Source: Octopus vulgaris
Taxonomy: Eukaryota
DNA: 64,000 nucleotides
NCBI GenBank assembly: GCA_951406725.2
Contig: OX597814.1
Location: 207,886,001 to 207,950,000 of the forward strand
Reading direction: 5' to 3'
The translations under genes were made by a program, and so were the position numbers. This document shows, in pieces, positions 1 to 12,374 of this stretch; positions within the stretch are counted from its first letter, which is position 1, and the number at the start of each line of letters is the position of its first letter. Below the pieces are notes generated by a model. It saw only the letters and a program-made list of their open reading frames with translations, did no database searches and was not told the DNA's origin.

Positions 1-318
1 CTGGCTTCCCAGACCCCAGTTGAACCGTCCAACCCATGCTAGCATGGGAAACGGACGTTAAACGATGATGATTATCATTCAGCCAGTGTTAGGAACATAA
101 ATTGTGACTAAGGTTTGGTGGAAGATTTTAATTCAAAACTTTTGAAAACAAGACATTTGTACTGAGAGCCAGAGCCGGTTTCAGCTGGGTTGGTAACGAA
201 AGGGTTAAAGTGCCATGCAGTGAGACTGGAGCCAAAATCACATAGTCCCCAATTGAGCTCCTTACCTAACCACATGGCCATACCTTCACACACACAGACA
301 CAAACTAAAAGTACTTAC

Positions 319-411
319 CTGGAGAACTGCATCTTCCAAAATAATTGATTCACGTAATCGGACACCAGCTTTCACTTTCACATTTTTACCAATTGTCACA
401 TTTGGTCCAAC
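319..411 (-). CDS. GMPPA: GMPPA coding exon 9 (VGPNVTIGKNVKVKAGVRLRESIILEDAVLQ)
   Basis: cactag| acceptor, CAG|GTAAGT donor; hexapeptide repeats. Confidence 0.93.
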
Positions 412-1112
412 CTAGTGAAGAGAGAAAGATGTAAATTAGAAGATGAGTAGTGTAAATATAAGACATTGCCTTAACTGATTCCTCAGTTTCCAAATTCAAT
501 TGATAAAAAGGTATATAGCAAATCATGACATGACATTTAAAAAAAAAAATTAGGTTAGGCACTGTTTATCTCCCTATGAATAAGATATTTAAAGCACTGC
601 CAGACAAATGAGATTGATGTGACCAATGTCCAGTTTGAATCTCAGAACGTCTGCAACAGAGTAGACTTTGATCAAGACATTAAACTAAATAGATGTTAAA
701 CTTGGAGTCATACTATGCTCCTCTTCCACTGTATCTTATGAACCTTGTGAATCATAGAAATTTTATTTAAACTTGTTTTTGAGAAATACATCTAAATAAC
801 GAGCAAAAAGAACTGACTGAAATGTAGAACCAACAAAAACCTCAAAGTTAATAGTACAATAGAAGCCATACTAACTCTAGCAGTAATTTCATCTTTAAAT
901 CATGGGCAAATGCAAACAATGTTAAGAGTTTTCCTGTTATATTTCTTATGCTGCCGAATTTTTTTCTTTTTTCCTATTTAATAATAGTTGGAACAAGATT
1001 ACGTATCAATTGTTTAAAATCTGTAAGTGACATAATACCTATTCTTAGGAACATTATGGAGTATCTCACATTACAGATGGAGGGTAGGATGTTAGTGATG
1101 AAAAGGTAAGGT

Positions 1113-1372
1113 TTCATCATCATCATCATTTAGCGTCCGCTTTCCATGCTAGCATGGGTTGGACGGTGCAACTGGGGTCTGGGAAGCCAGAAGGCTGCAT
1201 CAGGCCCAGTCTGATCTGGCAATGTTTCTACGGCTGGATGCCCTTCCTAACGCCAACCACTCCATGAGTGTAGTGGGTGCTTTTTACGTGCCACCGGCAC
1301 AGGTGCCAGACGAGGCTGGCAAACGGCCACGATCGGGTGGTGCTTTTTATGTGCCACCGGCACGGAAGCCAG
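1113..1372 (-). mobile_element. RTE LINE 3' end
   Basis: Conserved terminus GGCGTTAGGAAGGGCATCC...CCATGCTAGCATGG...(GAT)n. Confidence 0.8.
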
Positions 1373-1573
1373 GTGTTCAACTGAAATCTGAAACTAGACT
1401 GCAGTGCTGGTTAACTGAAAGCTTAATTTTATTCAATAACTCACATCAGGAGATTAATGGTTAATTCAAAATCATAAGGAAGAAAGTTTGGTCAACGAAC
1501 TCTTTTAACCATGTCTAGCATGAGATGTTTAATAAAAAGAATATAGAACTAATCACTAAAACAACAAAATAAT

Positions 1574-2705
1574 TCATCATCATCGTTTAACGTTCGTTTT
1601 CTGTGCTAGCACGGGTTGGACGCATTCAACCGGGGTCTGGGAAGCCAGGAGGCTGCCCCAGGCTCCAGTCTGATCGGGCAGTGTTTCTACAGCTGGATGC
1701 CCTTCCTAATGCCAACCACTCTGTGAGTGTAGTGGGTGCTTTTTATGTGCTACTGGCACAGGTGCCAGGGGAGGCCTGCAACAGCCATGATCAGTTGGTG
1801 CTTTTTATGTGCCACCGGTACAGAAGCCAGTCAAGGTGGCGCTGGCATCGGTCACGTTCGGATGGTGCTTTTTATGTGCTACCGGCACAGGTATCACAAC
1901 TACAATTTCCATTTGATATTTATTTTGATGTTGATGTACTTGACTCAATAAGTCTCCTCAAGCACAGCAGGTCACCCTACAATCCAAGGTAAGCACAGCA
2001 GGTTATTCTGTAATCCAAGGTACTTTGGATGGACTGGGGCTATGCGAAACTAGTGCAGGAAACAGCCATGAACTCACATTATTTGTCGGGTGTTTGCAGT
2101 CACAGCATATCTCCAGAGACCTTGGTCTTTCGTCATTGCCTCTGTGAGGCCCAACATTCGAAAGTTATGCTTGACCACCTCATCCCATGTCTTCCTGGGT
2201 CTACCTCTTCCTGATACCTTCAACTGTTTGGGAGTGGCACTTCTTCACACATCTCTCCTCATCCATCTGCAGTACATGACCATACCAGCACAAACGTCTC
2301 TCTTGCACACCACATCTGATGCTTCTTATGTCCAGCATTTCTCTCAGGGCGCTTACACTCTGTCGTCTGTGCACACTGACATTACACATCCAGTGGATCA
2401 TGCTAGCTTCATTTCTTTCAAGCCTACGCATGTCCTCTCCAATCACAGCCCATGTTTCATTACCATGAAGCATGGCAGTTTGCACACATGCATCGTACAA
2501 TTTACTTTTCACTCTGAGCAAGAGACCCTTTGTCACCAGTAGGGGTAGAAGCTTTTTAAACTTTGCCCAGGCTATTCGTATTCTAGTGGTGAAACTCTCT
2601 GAGCATCCACCCCCACTACTAACTTGGTCACCTAGGTAGCGGAAACTATCAACTACTTCTAGTTTCTCCCCCTGGAGCGTGATGGAATCTGTTTTCTGAG
2701 TATCT
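1574..2705 (-). mobile_element. 5'-truncated RTE-clade LINE (RT C-terminus, 3' UTR with hairpin array, (GAT)n tail)
   Basis: ORF 2201-2785 contains LEVVDSFRYLG...RIRIAWAKF...LHGNETW...RRLCWYGHV, typical of RTE elements. Confidence 0.85.
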
Positions 2706-2778
2706 GGGAAAAACAAAAAATAATAACAAAAGTAGCAGAAACAGCACTGAGAAATGGAAGCAAACCTCAAGAACTTAC

Positions 2779-2923
2779 AACACATGTAGGGTCTACTTGA
2801 GCAGTAGGGTGGATATAGACATCACCAATGATTTTTGGAGAATCTTCTGAATTCACAGCCAACCTGTCAGGGTGGGTTTTGTTGTAAATGGCAAGATAAT
2901 GGCGATTTGCATATATAGCAGCT
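2779..2923 (-). CDS. GMPPA: GMPPA coding exon 8 (AAIYANRHYLAIYNKTHPDRL...IIGDVYIHPTAQVDPTCV)
   Basis: tttctag| acceptor, GTT|GTAAGT donor; start of the left-handed beta-helix. Confidence 0.93.
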
Positions 2924-3006
2924 CTAGAAAAAAAAAGAGACAGAAGAAAATGTTAACAACAAAGAAGGCAAACAATTGTAGCATCAACATATAGGGTACC
3001 ATGAAA

Positions 3007-3327
3007 TCTTTATATATATAAAAGTCAACCGGGTATCTTATAGTCGTGATTCATATCGAGCCCTTCTGGGTATTAGCGCGCGTATACGATGAATCTACAA
3101 CTTTAAAAAAATTTACCATCATTTTTTTCCATTTTAATGCATTTTTTCGCTAAAGACATAAGGGAAGTAACTCTCTAACAATGTCTACGATGAGTCAACG
3201 ATTTAAAAAAAAATTTACCATAATTTGTTTTCCATTTTTAATGCATTTTTTTTGGCTCTAACTCTCTAAAAATGCTTATATAGTTATTTCCCTTACAAAC
3301 CTGAGCAACGCCGGGCGATACTGCTAG
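3007..3327 (+). mobile_element. Non-autonomous Helitron (family H1, internally deleted)
   Basis: A|TCTTTATATAT 5' end; 3' hairpin CCTGAGCAACGCCGGG then CTAG|T; no TSD. Confidence 0.8.
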
Positions 3328-4036
3328 TGTTTAATAAAGACCAAACTGTTGTGTGGCTAAATCTCTCAACTCAGGTAAGAATTTCTAATCTGTTGTGTCT
3401 GGAGAGAGTCATTCTCTTTTAGTGCCTTATTATTTAACACACTCACCAGTAAGAGTCAAGACTATTGAAAAGGTTGCAAGACGCAACGAAAATTTTAGAA
3501 AATAAAAATAAGAAATAAGTGGAAATTTCACCGGTGAGTGTGTTAAATAATAAGGCACTAAAAGAGAATGACTATCCCCAGACACAACAGAATATGCTTC
3601 AACACACGAACTCATATAAAGAATCTTGCAAACCAAATCCAAAAATGAAAAATTTCTCATCTACTGTAAGGATTTTAATTATGTTTTTGGCACTGAACGC
3701 TTCAATTCCATATACTTCGTTTGGTCTAACTTTGGGAAATAACTACCTAATCTGGGAACATGAAATTTTCACTCTGACATACTAGCCATTCTCATCATGT
3801 CATCATTTTACATTTGCATTCCATTCTGATATGCATTGGGTCGGGCAGGTTGCTGTGGTCTTATTCCTTATTTGGAGTTTCTGCTCTCGGCAGGCTGATT
3901 TCCTTTCCAAACATCAAATAATTCACAGGTATATTGGGTGCACTTTATCATGGCATCACCACTACAGAAGTTATCATTTCCTTGACAACACTAAAAATTC
4001 TTCTTATACTGTGTTTATATAAACTTTTATTCATTC

Positions 4037-4067
<31 letters not shown>

Positions 4068-4441
4068 ATTTAGGAATAGTCATTTTGCCAGTTTAGCCAA
4101 TAAAAACACACACACTATATATTTGGTGTTATTTTGCTTCGGTGTTATTTATGTAAAAGTTTAACATTTCAGACATAATCCTTTGATGGATACTAGAGGA
4201 AAGTCCAGGAGAGATAGGAAGTGAGATCTCTTTTTCTAGCTCCTTTCCCCTCTTCTGGACTTTCCTCTAGTATCTGATGAAAGACTATGTTGAAAATGTT
4301 ATACTTTAATTCTACAACTTTATTTTCTTTCTTTGAATGTCAATCAAATAATATTAACTGTGAACATCCCTTGGACTTCCATTGGTTTTTGTCATTTGTA
4401 TTTACTTTGCTTTATATATTTCCATTTCAACTAGTAATATA

Positions 4442-4813
4442 GGCGCAGGAGTGGCTGTGTGGTAAGTAGCTTGCTAACCAACCACATGGTTCCGGGTTCA
4501 GTCCCACTGCGTGGCATCTTGGGCAAGTGTCTTCTGCTATAGCCCCGGGCCGACCAAAGCCTTGTGAGTGGATTTGGTAGATGGAGACTGAAAGAAGCCT
4601 GTCGTATATATGTGTATATATATATATGTATGTATGTGTGTCTGTGTTTGTCCCCCTAGCATTGCTTGACAACCGATGCTGGTGTGTTTACGTCCCCGTC
4701 ACTTAGCGGTTCGGCAAAAGAGACCGATAGAATGAGTATTGGGGTCGATTTGCTCGACTAAAGGCGGTGCTCCAGCATGGCCACAGTCAAATGACTGAAA
4801 CAAGTAAAAGAGT
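4442..4813 (+). mobile_element. tRNA-headed SINE, family S1 (internal (TA)n/(TG)n)
   Basis: A-box TGGCTGTGTGG, B-box-like GGTTCAGTCCC, CTTGGGCAAGT body, (GTAAAAGA)n tail. Confidence 0.85.
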
Positions 4814-5676
4814 AGTAAACAATGGAAAAGGTATCCATCTATCCCATCCAATTCCAAACACAATATAGGAGGACTCTTTCATTAGAGAAGTAACAGAAAT
4901 AACTGAGAAGAGAGATATGCCATTCCTCTCTGAGATATATAAGTGTAATAATTATTAGGTAAAACAGAACTCCCTAATCTCCTGGTTCTTACTACATAGA
5001 CATGGTCAGCAGCTGCCACAAGGCAATCACATTCTTACATCAGTTACACATTCAGTTACATTTGAGGCTGAGCAAGTATGATGTTCAGATTAAGTATTGA
5101 CAAAAAGTAGAAAGGAAACCATCATCATCTTTTAACATCCATTCTCAATGCTGGCATGGGTTGGACAGTTTGACAGGAACTGGCAAGCTAAAGAGCTGTC
5201 CAGGCTTCATTTGTCTGTTTTGGCATGGTTTCTATGGCTGGATGCCCTTCCTGATGCCAACCACTTTACAGAGTGTACTGGGTGCTTTTACATGGCACTG
5301 ACAAAAGGGCTTTTACATGACACTGGCAGGGGCATTTTTACATGGCACCCGCACGGACACTTTTACATGGCACCGGTGCAAGAAAAAAAAAATGTAGGAA
5401 CAAATTAAACGGATAATGCAGTAGCTTTTCCTTCAAATAATTCCCTACCTTTTTTGAATTACAGAACCATAAATTCTGGAGTTTCTTATTAACCATAACC
5501 AGTAATTAAAATACCTTCCTCAACATCATTGGTTTCCACATCTATTTTTCAATGATGGTATAAATATTGGTCGGATTTAAAATAAAACAGTATCTGCTTA
5601 CAAGATTTACTCTCATGTAATTTCAATTGAACCTCTGAAGCTTTAAGGTCTGTCTGGACTGATTTTGTAACCAATT

Positions 5677-5887
5677 TCTTATTTCTTTATTGCCCACAAG
5701 GGTCTAAACACAGAGGGGACAAACAAGGACAGACAAAGGGATTAAGTCGATTATATCGACCCCCAGTGTGTAACTGGTACTTATTTAATCAACCCCGAAA
5801 GGATGAAAGGCAAAGTTGACCTTGGCAGAATTTGAACTCAGACGAAGCATTTCACCCGGCATGCTAACATTTCTGCCAGCTCGCCGC
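5677..5887 (-). mobile_element. tRNA-headed SINE, family S2 (Nin/Deu-domain-like core)
   Basis: Core GCCTTTCATCCTTTCGGGGT...TAAGTACCAG; TSD-like TTTGTAAxCAATTTCT flanks; domain name is from recall. Confidence 0.75.
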
Positions 5888-6200
5888 GTTTGTAATCAAT
5901 TTCTATCCATTACTCACTCATGGTGATTTTTCATCTAGTTTGGTATCACTAATTCACGTCATATCCTCTAAAAACCTCTAATATCTTGTCATTTTCTTAG
6001 TTTAGAATTAGATATAAATAACAATGTATCAGTTATATCCTATCCAATTAATACCAACACTGATTTAGTAGTTTTAGTGACTATATTCTCTTCAGTTCAA
6101 CAGAGGAATCAAATTGTTTTTTTGTTTTTTTGAATAAGAAAATAGTTAATAAATAATATTATCTGTGAAATGAAAGGAAAATATAGAAAAAACGACATAC

Positions 6201-6329
6201 CCAGCTGATTTTATTTGACTCCAGAATTTGTTGGTGTGGCAAATAAACAATTTTCCACTTCCTGCTAATGGTACGAAGATATCTTGTTCTAAACGTATCA
6301 TTTCTCGAGACTGGACAGGATCATCAAGT
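6201..6329 (-). CDS. GMPPA: GMPPA coding exon 7 (LDDPVQSREMIRLEQDIF...FWSQIKSA-G)
   Basis: Branch-like CTAAC then aattctag| acceptor; GG|GTATGT donor; IRLEQD and WSQIKSAG motifs; phase 2-2. Confidence 0.9.
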
Positions 6330-6962
6330 CTAGAATTCATAGCAAAGTTAGAAATGAGTTGCTTAAAGAACAAGAAAATATACTGTATTTTCTGGCATAT
6401 AAGTTGAAATTTTCAGACCAAAATTTAAAGCGAAAAAAACAAAAAAAGGTAGGTTAATGCATATACCATGACAACTTTGGAGGACCTAAAATTCCATGTG
6501 AAATGCAGCAGAATTTGGGAAAGAAGTGATATTTGAATGTTTACACTATATATTGTCTCTGGATGTCAGAAAATGTGATACTGATAATAAAACAAACTTT
6601 AAAATCTCAACAAAAATGTTACAGGTTTAGACTATTAACACAACCATAGTACAAATTGTATTGTGTACATGTAAATATTAGATAAAGTTATTTTAAGAAT
6701 AATAACTGAACATTTACTGCTAGGGTGATTCAATACAGAGTAAAGTGAAATTTGACTGGCACCTGTTGGCCGATTCAATCAATCTCAATGAACAAGCAAA
6801 TAAGAGAAACCTGAAGTCCCAATCAACTTGAATTTTACAGCACACACACCACACACACATCAAAATAAAAGAATGGATAAGTTTTTTGGTATTATTTATT
6901 CATCATTACACAGGTTTCATTTGCTAATGGTAGTTGCAAAATTCTACATGTAGGAGAAATAT

Positions 6963-7126
6963 GCGCAGGAGTGGCTATGTGGTAAGTAGCTTGTTTACCA
7001 ACCACATGGTTCCGGGTTCAGTCCCACTGCGTGGCACCTTGGGCAAGTGTCTTCTACTATAGCCTCGGGCCGACCAAAGCCTTGTGAGTGGATTTGGTAG
7101 ATGGAAACTGAAAGAATCCCATCGTA

Positions 7127-7168
<42 letters not shown>

Positions 7169-7380
7169 TGTTTGTGTGTCTGTGTTTGTCCCCCTAGCAT
7201 TGCATGACAACCAATGCTGGTGTGTTTATGTCCCCGTTAGTTAGCGGTTCGGCAAAAGAGACCGATAGAATAAGTACTGGGCTTACAAAAGAATAAGTCC
7301 CGGGGTCGAGTTGCTCGATTAAAGGCGGTGCTCCAGCATGGCCACAGTCAAATGACTGAAACAAGTAAAAGAGTAAAGAC
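6963..7380 (+). mobile_element. SINE S1
   Basis: Full-length match to 4442-4813. Confidence 0.85.
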
Positions 7381-8007
7381 ACTGCCAATTAGAAATTAGA
7401 ATCATATACTATTGTAATTCCTATTAGCAAATAAAATGTGTAATGGTGAATAAATAATACAAAATTGTTTTCCAATCTCCTGTTCTGATATGTAACTACT
7501 CTGCAAAAAGTATTTTCCAGAATTATCAACTCTTATGTATATTTCACACAAATACAGTGATTGTCTATATATGATTTTAGTCTAGTCTCAGGTCAGCCCT
7601 GATAAAGTATATTTGCTATCAATCAAAGTCATTTCAGCTGTGACCATCCAAATTTTTTTTGAGGCACAGTGAACTCCTGAAACATTATAATACTACTTTT
7701 CTAAGAAACTAGGGGTGTAATTTGTGGAAGATTTGGTTCCTATTTCTAGCAGATGTAACCAATATCAAAATGAAGATATAAATATACAACTGCTAAAGAA
7801 CCACTTATAAATACAAGCGGAATAAAATTCCATTCTTGACTAAAAGTAGCTATTGCTAGAACACATAATTACAGCAGTTCTTTTTTCAGGATGGTACGGT
7901 CAACCACCAAAGATCAATGGCATCAAAGTAGGCAAAGGTACAAACTTCAAAATACTATTCAGCAACCAAGATGATAGAACATAACATCTGGAGTAACAAT
8001 GGATTAA

Positions 8008-8245
8008 AATAATAATAATAATAATAATAATTGTGTACAGTGCTCAGGTGCACTACAACTCATCTAAAGTGTATATATAATCAGGTGTAGTTTCGGCGGA
8101 TTTCGGAAAGCATGAGGGCCTTAAAGGATGCAGTGTCATGGCAGTCAACAACTGACGCAGGCAGTTTATTCCACGCTTCAGCAACTCTGAGCGTGAAAAA
8201 ATGTTTCCGAAAGTCATGGGAGCTGTGCTGTTTTCTGACTTTGTA
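8008..8245 (-). mobile_element. CR1-type LINE 3' fragment
   Basis: Near-identical to the 3' end of 21500-22125; other copies at 22790-23130(+), 39470-39688(-) and 14463-14515(+). Confidence 0.8.
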
Positions 8246-10719
8246 GTCAGAAGCTTTGAATAAGTGAATACACAGGCATATATATCATTCATCTATGTGT
8301 GTGTATCACATATGCATGTAAAACATACTTATAGACATAAATACATCATCATTGTTTTAGCATGTTTTTCCAAGTTGGCTTGGATTGGATGGCCTTCCCA
8401 TATTGCTTATTGCCAATTTGCTCTTACATCACATCTTATTGAGGATCAGCATTCCCCTGGTTGTCACAAGTATGCTGCACTACAGAGCAGAGCATTTGTT
8501 TACTGAGAAAGCAAATGTCACCATCTTTTGCTATACACTCTAATGTTAGAAGTGAGTAGATTCTGATCAATGATTCTGTTCAATCCACTGGCAAAGAAGC
8601 CAACCATACTGTCAGCTGTATGAAAATTATGGGTCCCAAAATTTAATTCTGCATACCTGATATACAACACACATAAAGAGTTTATTTTTCTTACAGAAAC
8701 AATATATCTTCAAATATAATTTCGAAAAATAAACACAATAAACACAGAAAAATAAGACAACAGTGAATAACAAAGCAGTGCACAACAGCTATGTTACAAC
8801 AGAGTACACTATTTTACAGTCTATATTGCTAATGGTACCAGTTACTAATGCCAGCAGTGAAACCACAACAACTGTGTAACCCACTAGGATTAAAACAATT
8901 ATAATTATATATCTAGAACCAATTATTCAATTCCACTCTCCTTCCACCCCACTAAAAAATTTACGAATAAGAAAAACTGATACTAACACAATATAATAGA
9001 AGTCTGTTATAGAACATGAAGTGGATTTAGCTTTTGACTAATTGTTTATAGATCTTGAATGCAATTCTACTATAGGGATTTCATAATATGGTTTAGGCAA
9101 CACTCATTCTGCAGATCATTTGGCAATTATACCATATCAGTACTTGTCTGGTGTGCAAGCCAAATGAAAGAGTTGTTTATTCACATGACACCATAAAATC
9201 AGAGGTACTCTAGGATTTAGAAGCTGCAAGCCCAATACTAATTCTGGTATTCACTTTTTTAAATACTATAAATTATAAATAACAAAAAAATAAAAATCAG
9301 ACAGCTGCATGCTATCTAGGAATTTATAGTAAATGAAAATTTAATTATCAAAATATTAATTACAAAGCAAAGACTTCAGAAATCTAGTCATGAATTTCTG
9401 AAATTCTCATTGTTTTATTCCAGTTATAGTGCTATAGACAGGGCACTAGTCTATCAAAAGCATCTCCTGCAGAACTTCAAGTATGTATTTTGAAAAGCTA
9501 GGTCAAGTGAAGTATATAACAGAAAGCAGCCTGCTTAAAGACTCACTAATTTGAGGTTTCTAGATGGTTGCTTGGCCTGTTAGAACTAGCAGTCAAATCT
9601 CCCTCAACTCATATATTAACATCATGGATTATGTAGTCTTGAGTATACTACTTTTAAAAAATAAAAGAGAAGATGATTGTGGCTTAAATGTCCTTGATCA
9701 AAGGTCAGACTGACCAAGGTTGATTTAGGACTAAATACTTGTTTTTCTCAATAATTTAATCAGAAGAGGAAGAACAGTACTAATGGCATACAAGAAAGGA
9801 AGATCTTGGTAACCCCAGACCAAAGACTATGTTTGAATGCCTGCAACAGAATGGATACCACTAAAAGCTTTAACAAGTGAGGTGGTGGTGTTAAACTGGG
9901 CAACAAATTAAGTCTCCAACAACACATCAAAATGCTTGTTACAAAGCATTTGAAAACATGCTCTGTACAATATCTTATCTACTTACCTAAATGACTCAAA
10001 AGTTCTTAACTAAAATAGAAAATAAATTAACAACTAATTCATAGACTATTAACCTCAGCTTGTACCCCACCCCCACACGTCCTATAAAATAATGTATTTA
10101 TGATTTATCTTTACAAATAAGTACACAAGATATCTCTTAAAGTTCCTTCTCTCAGAATTACCAATATGTTACAGACAAACTAATGGGAAATATTTTTGTC
10201 ACTGAGAATCAAAACAGCTATTTTTCACTGCTGGCTTCAGTATATGTGATTAGGTAACAGGAAAGAATTGGTTTAACTGAAAAAGCATGCAAAATAATAA
10301 CAAGAGACAACAGAGAAGTTGCATACAAGAATTACCAAATCGATAAAATCTAGTACTAGGTTAAACAAAAGCATTTTTTACGTGTTTTGAGTGCTGAAGT
10401 TCTTAATTTTGGCACTGTTATTAATTATAAACAGGATGTTACTTAAAGGAAAAGAAAAAAAATGTTTTAATAATAACAAATATATATTAACAGTTATTAT
10501 GAACAATTAATCTACATATATTTTATGTTTACAACTGACTTGAAAACTTTCCCTATTTACAAGTTTCAGGTATTAAACCATAACTATTCAGGGCTACCCA
10601 GTGCCCTGTGGTGTGAAGTGTATGTTTGGAATGGAGCACCCCAGAGTTACTTAAACTTAGATGGTAAAGAGAAATAACCAAATATTACGAAGTATTTTGA
10701 CCAAGATTCTGATGGTTCT

Positions 10720-11101
10720 ATCATCATCATCGTTTAGCGTCTGCTTTCCATGCTAGCATGGGTTGGACGGTTCAACTGGGGTCTGTGAAGCCAGAAGGCT
10801 GCATCAGGCCCAGTCTGATCTGGCAGTGTTTCTACGGCTGGATGCCCTTCCTAACGCCAACCACTCCGTGAGTGTAGTGGGTGCTTTTTACGTGCCACCT
10901 GCACAGGTGCCAGACGGAACTGGCAAAATGGCCACGGACGGATGGTGCTTTTTACGTGCCACCGGCACGGGGGCCAGGCGAGGCTGGCAACAGCCACGGA
11001 CGGATGGTGCTTTTTACATGCCACCGGCACGGGGGCCAGGCGAGGCTGGCAACAGCCACGATCGGATGGTGCTTTTTACGTGCCACCGGCACGTGTGCCA
11101 G
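10720..11101 (-). mobile_element. RTE LINE 3' end with four hairpin-repeat units
   Basis: Four GTGCCGGTGGCACGTAAAAAGCACC-type units plus the conserved terminus. Confidence 0.8.
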
Positions 11102-12031
11102 GAGAGACTATTCAACTATATTTTACATTCTGAGCTTAAATCCAGCTGAGGTCATCACTGACTTTAACAGGTCAAATCCTGCCAAGGCTGACTTTGCTTT
11201 CATCCTTCTGGGCTTGATAAAGCACAAACCAAACACTATTGTAAACTCTTATTCCCACTTCACTCTCTCCCCCAGTATCAGCTATATTGTGCTGTAAATG
11301 AATTGTGGGGTGACCCACTCAGTGCCCTCTTCCTCCAAAAGATGGGAGAAAGTTGTCCCAGAGGCTAGTAACCATCTTTTATGCAACAAACTACAAAAAT
11401 ATGATCCAAAGGAACCGTAGACACTTGGGTGTGGAGTGACTGATATGCTATACAGAAGAGAATTGTTGAAAAGGGAAAAACAGAAATGAAAATTGAATTG
11501 ACTTCAAGGTGATACTTAATATTTACACTACCACCCCTGCAGAGGGATGGAAGATTATGTCAATTTTGGCGGAATGTGAACATGAAACATAAAATACCTT
11601 TAAAAAAAAAATCATAAATCACTTGTTTTTTATAATTCACCTCTAATAATGTTGGCGTTAGGAAGGGCATCCAGCTGTAGAAACACTGCCAGATCAGACT
11701 GGAGCCTGGTGCAGTCTCCTGGCTTCCCAAACCCATGTTGAACCGTCCAACTCATGCTAGCATGGAAAACAGACGTTAAACTTGATGATGAATATTGGTT
11801 TCAAATTTTGGCACAAGGCCAGCAAGTTTAGGGAAAGAGATAAGTCGACTACATCGACCCTAGTCCTCAACTTGTACTTATTTTATTAACCCCCAAAAGG
11901 CTGAAAAGCAAAGTCAACCTCAGCAGAATTTGAACTCAGGACATGTAGATGGATGAAATGTGACTGAGCATTTTGCCTGGAATGCCTAATGATTCTGCCA
12001 GCTTGTCACCTTAGCTTTAATAATAATATTA

Positions 12032-12374
12032 CTTACGAGCAAAACGCCCCACCTCCAATGGACGGTGCTGAGTTGTCAAACATTTAAACCAAATTTTCTT
12101 AAAACAACTTGTCTGATTGTCCCATAGGCCTTCCCGTTGAGAAACACTGATTTAACCTAAATTTGAGACACCAGCAAAAGAAGAAATAAAGATAGACTTT
12201 TTCTATTCCAAAGAAAAATGATTTCCCATGGCTTTATCGATCACATTCTCACCTGGAATCGATTTTTGTAATTTTTTCAAGACTTATACACGCCCTAATA
12301 CTGCAATCGGATGAAGGGTTTCCAAGATCCTAGAAGCCACACACATACAGACAGAACGGATTTTATATAAGAGA
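12032..12374 (-). mobile_element. Possible Helitron-like element (third family)
   Basis: Minus strand starts A|TCTCTTATATAAAA followed by a short TCTG/TG microsatellite; 3' CTAG not clear. Confidence 0.4.

Noticed and set aside
1159-1464. Recurrent ORFs such as MDGSTGVCEARRLHQAQSDLAVFLRLDALPNANHS
   Set aside because: Antisense readings of the RTE 3' UTR; frames differ and break between copies.
10960-11050. Assigning the RTE repeat unit to HDV-like or pistol ribozyme classes
   Set aside because: Only superficial word matches (CCAGCCTCGCCTGGC; CGTG..CACG-TAAA); the required nested pseudoknot and catalytic residues could not be placed consistently across copies.
10880-11095. CRISPR-like array (hairpin direct repeat of about 25 nt with 35-40-nt spacers)
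   Set aside because: Spacers are homologous to each other, the array is part of a dispersed LINE 3' UTR, and no cas genes are present in this eukaryotic intron.
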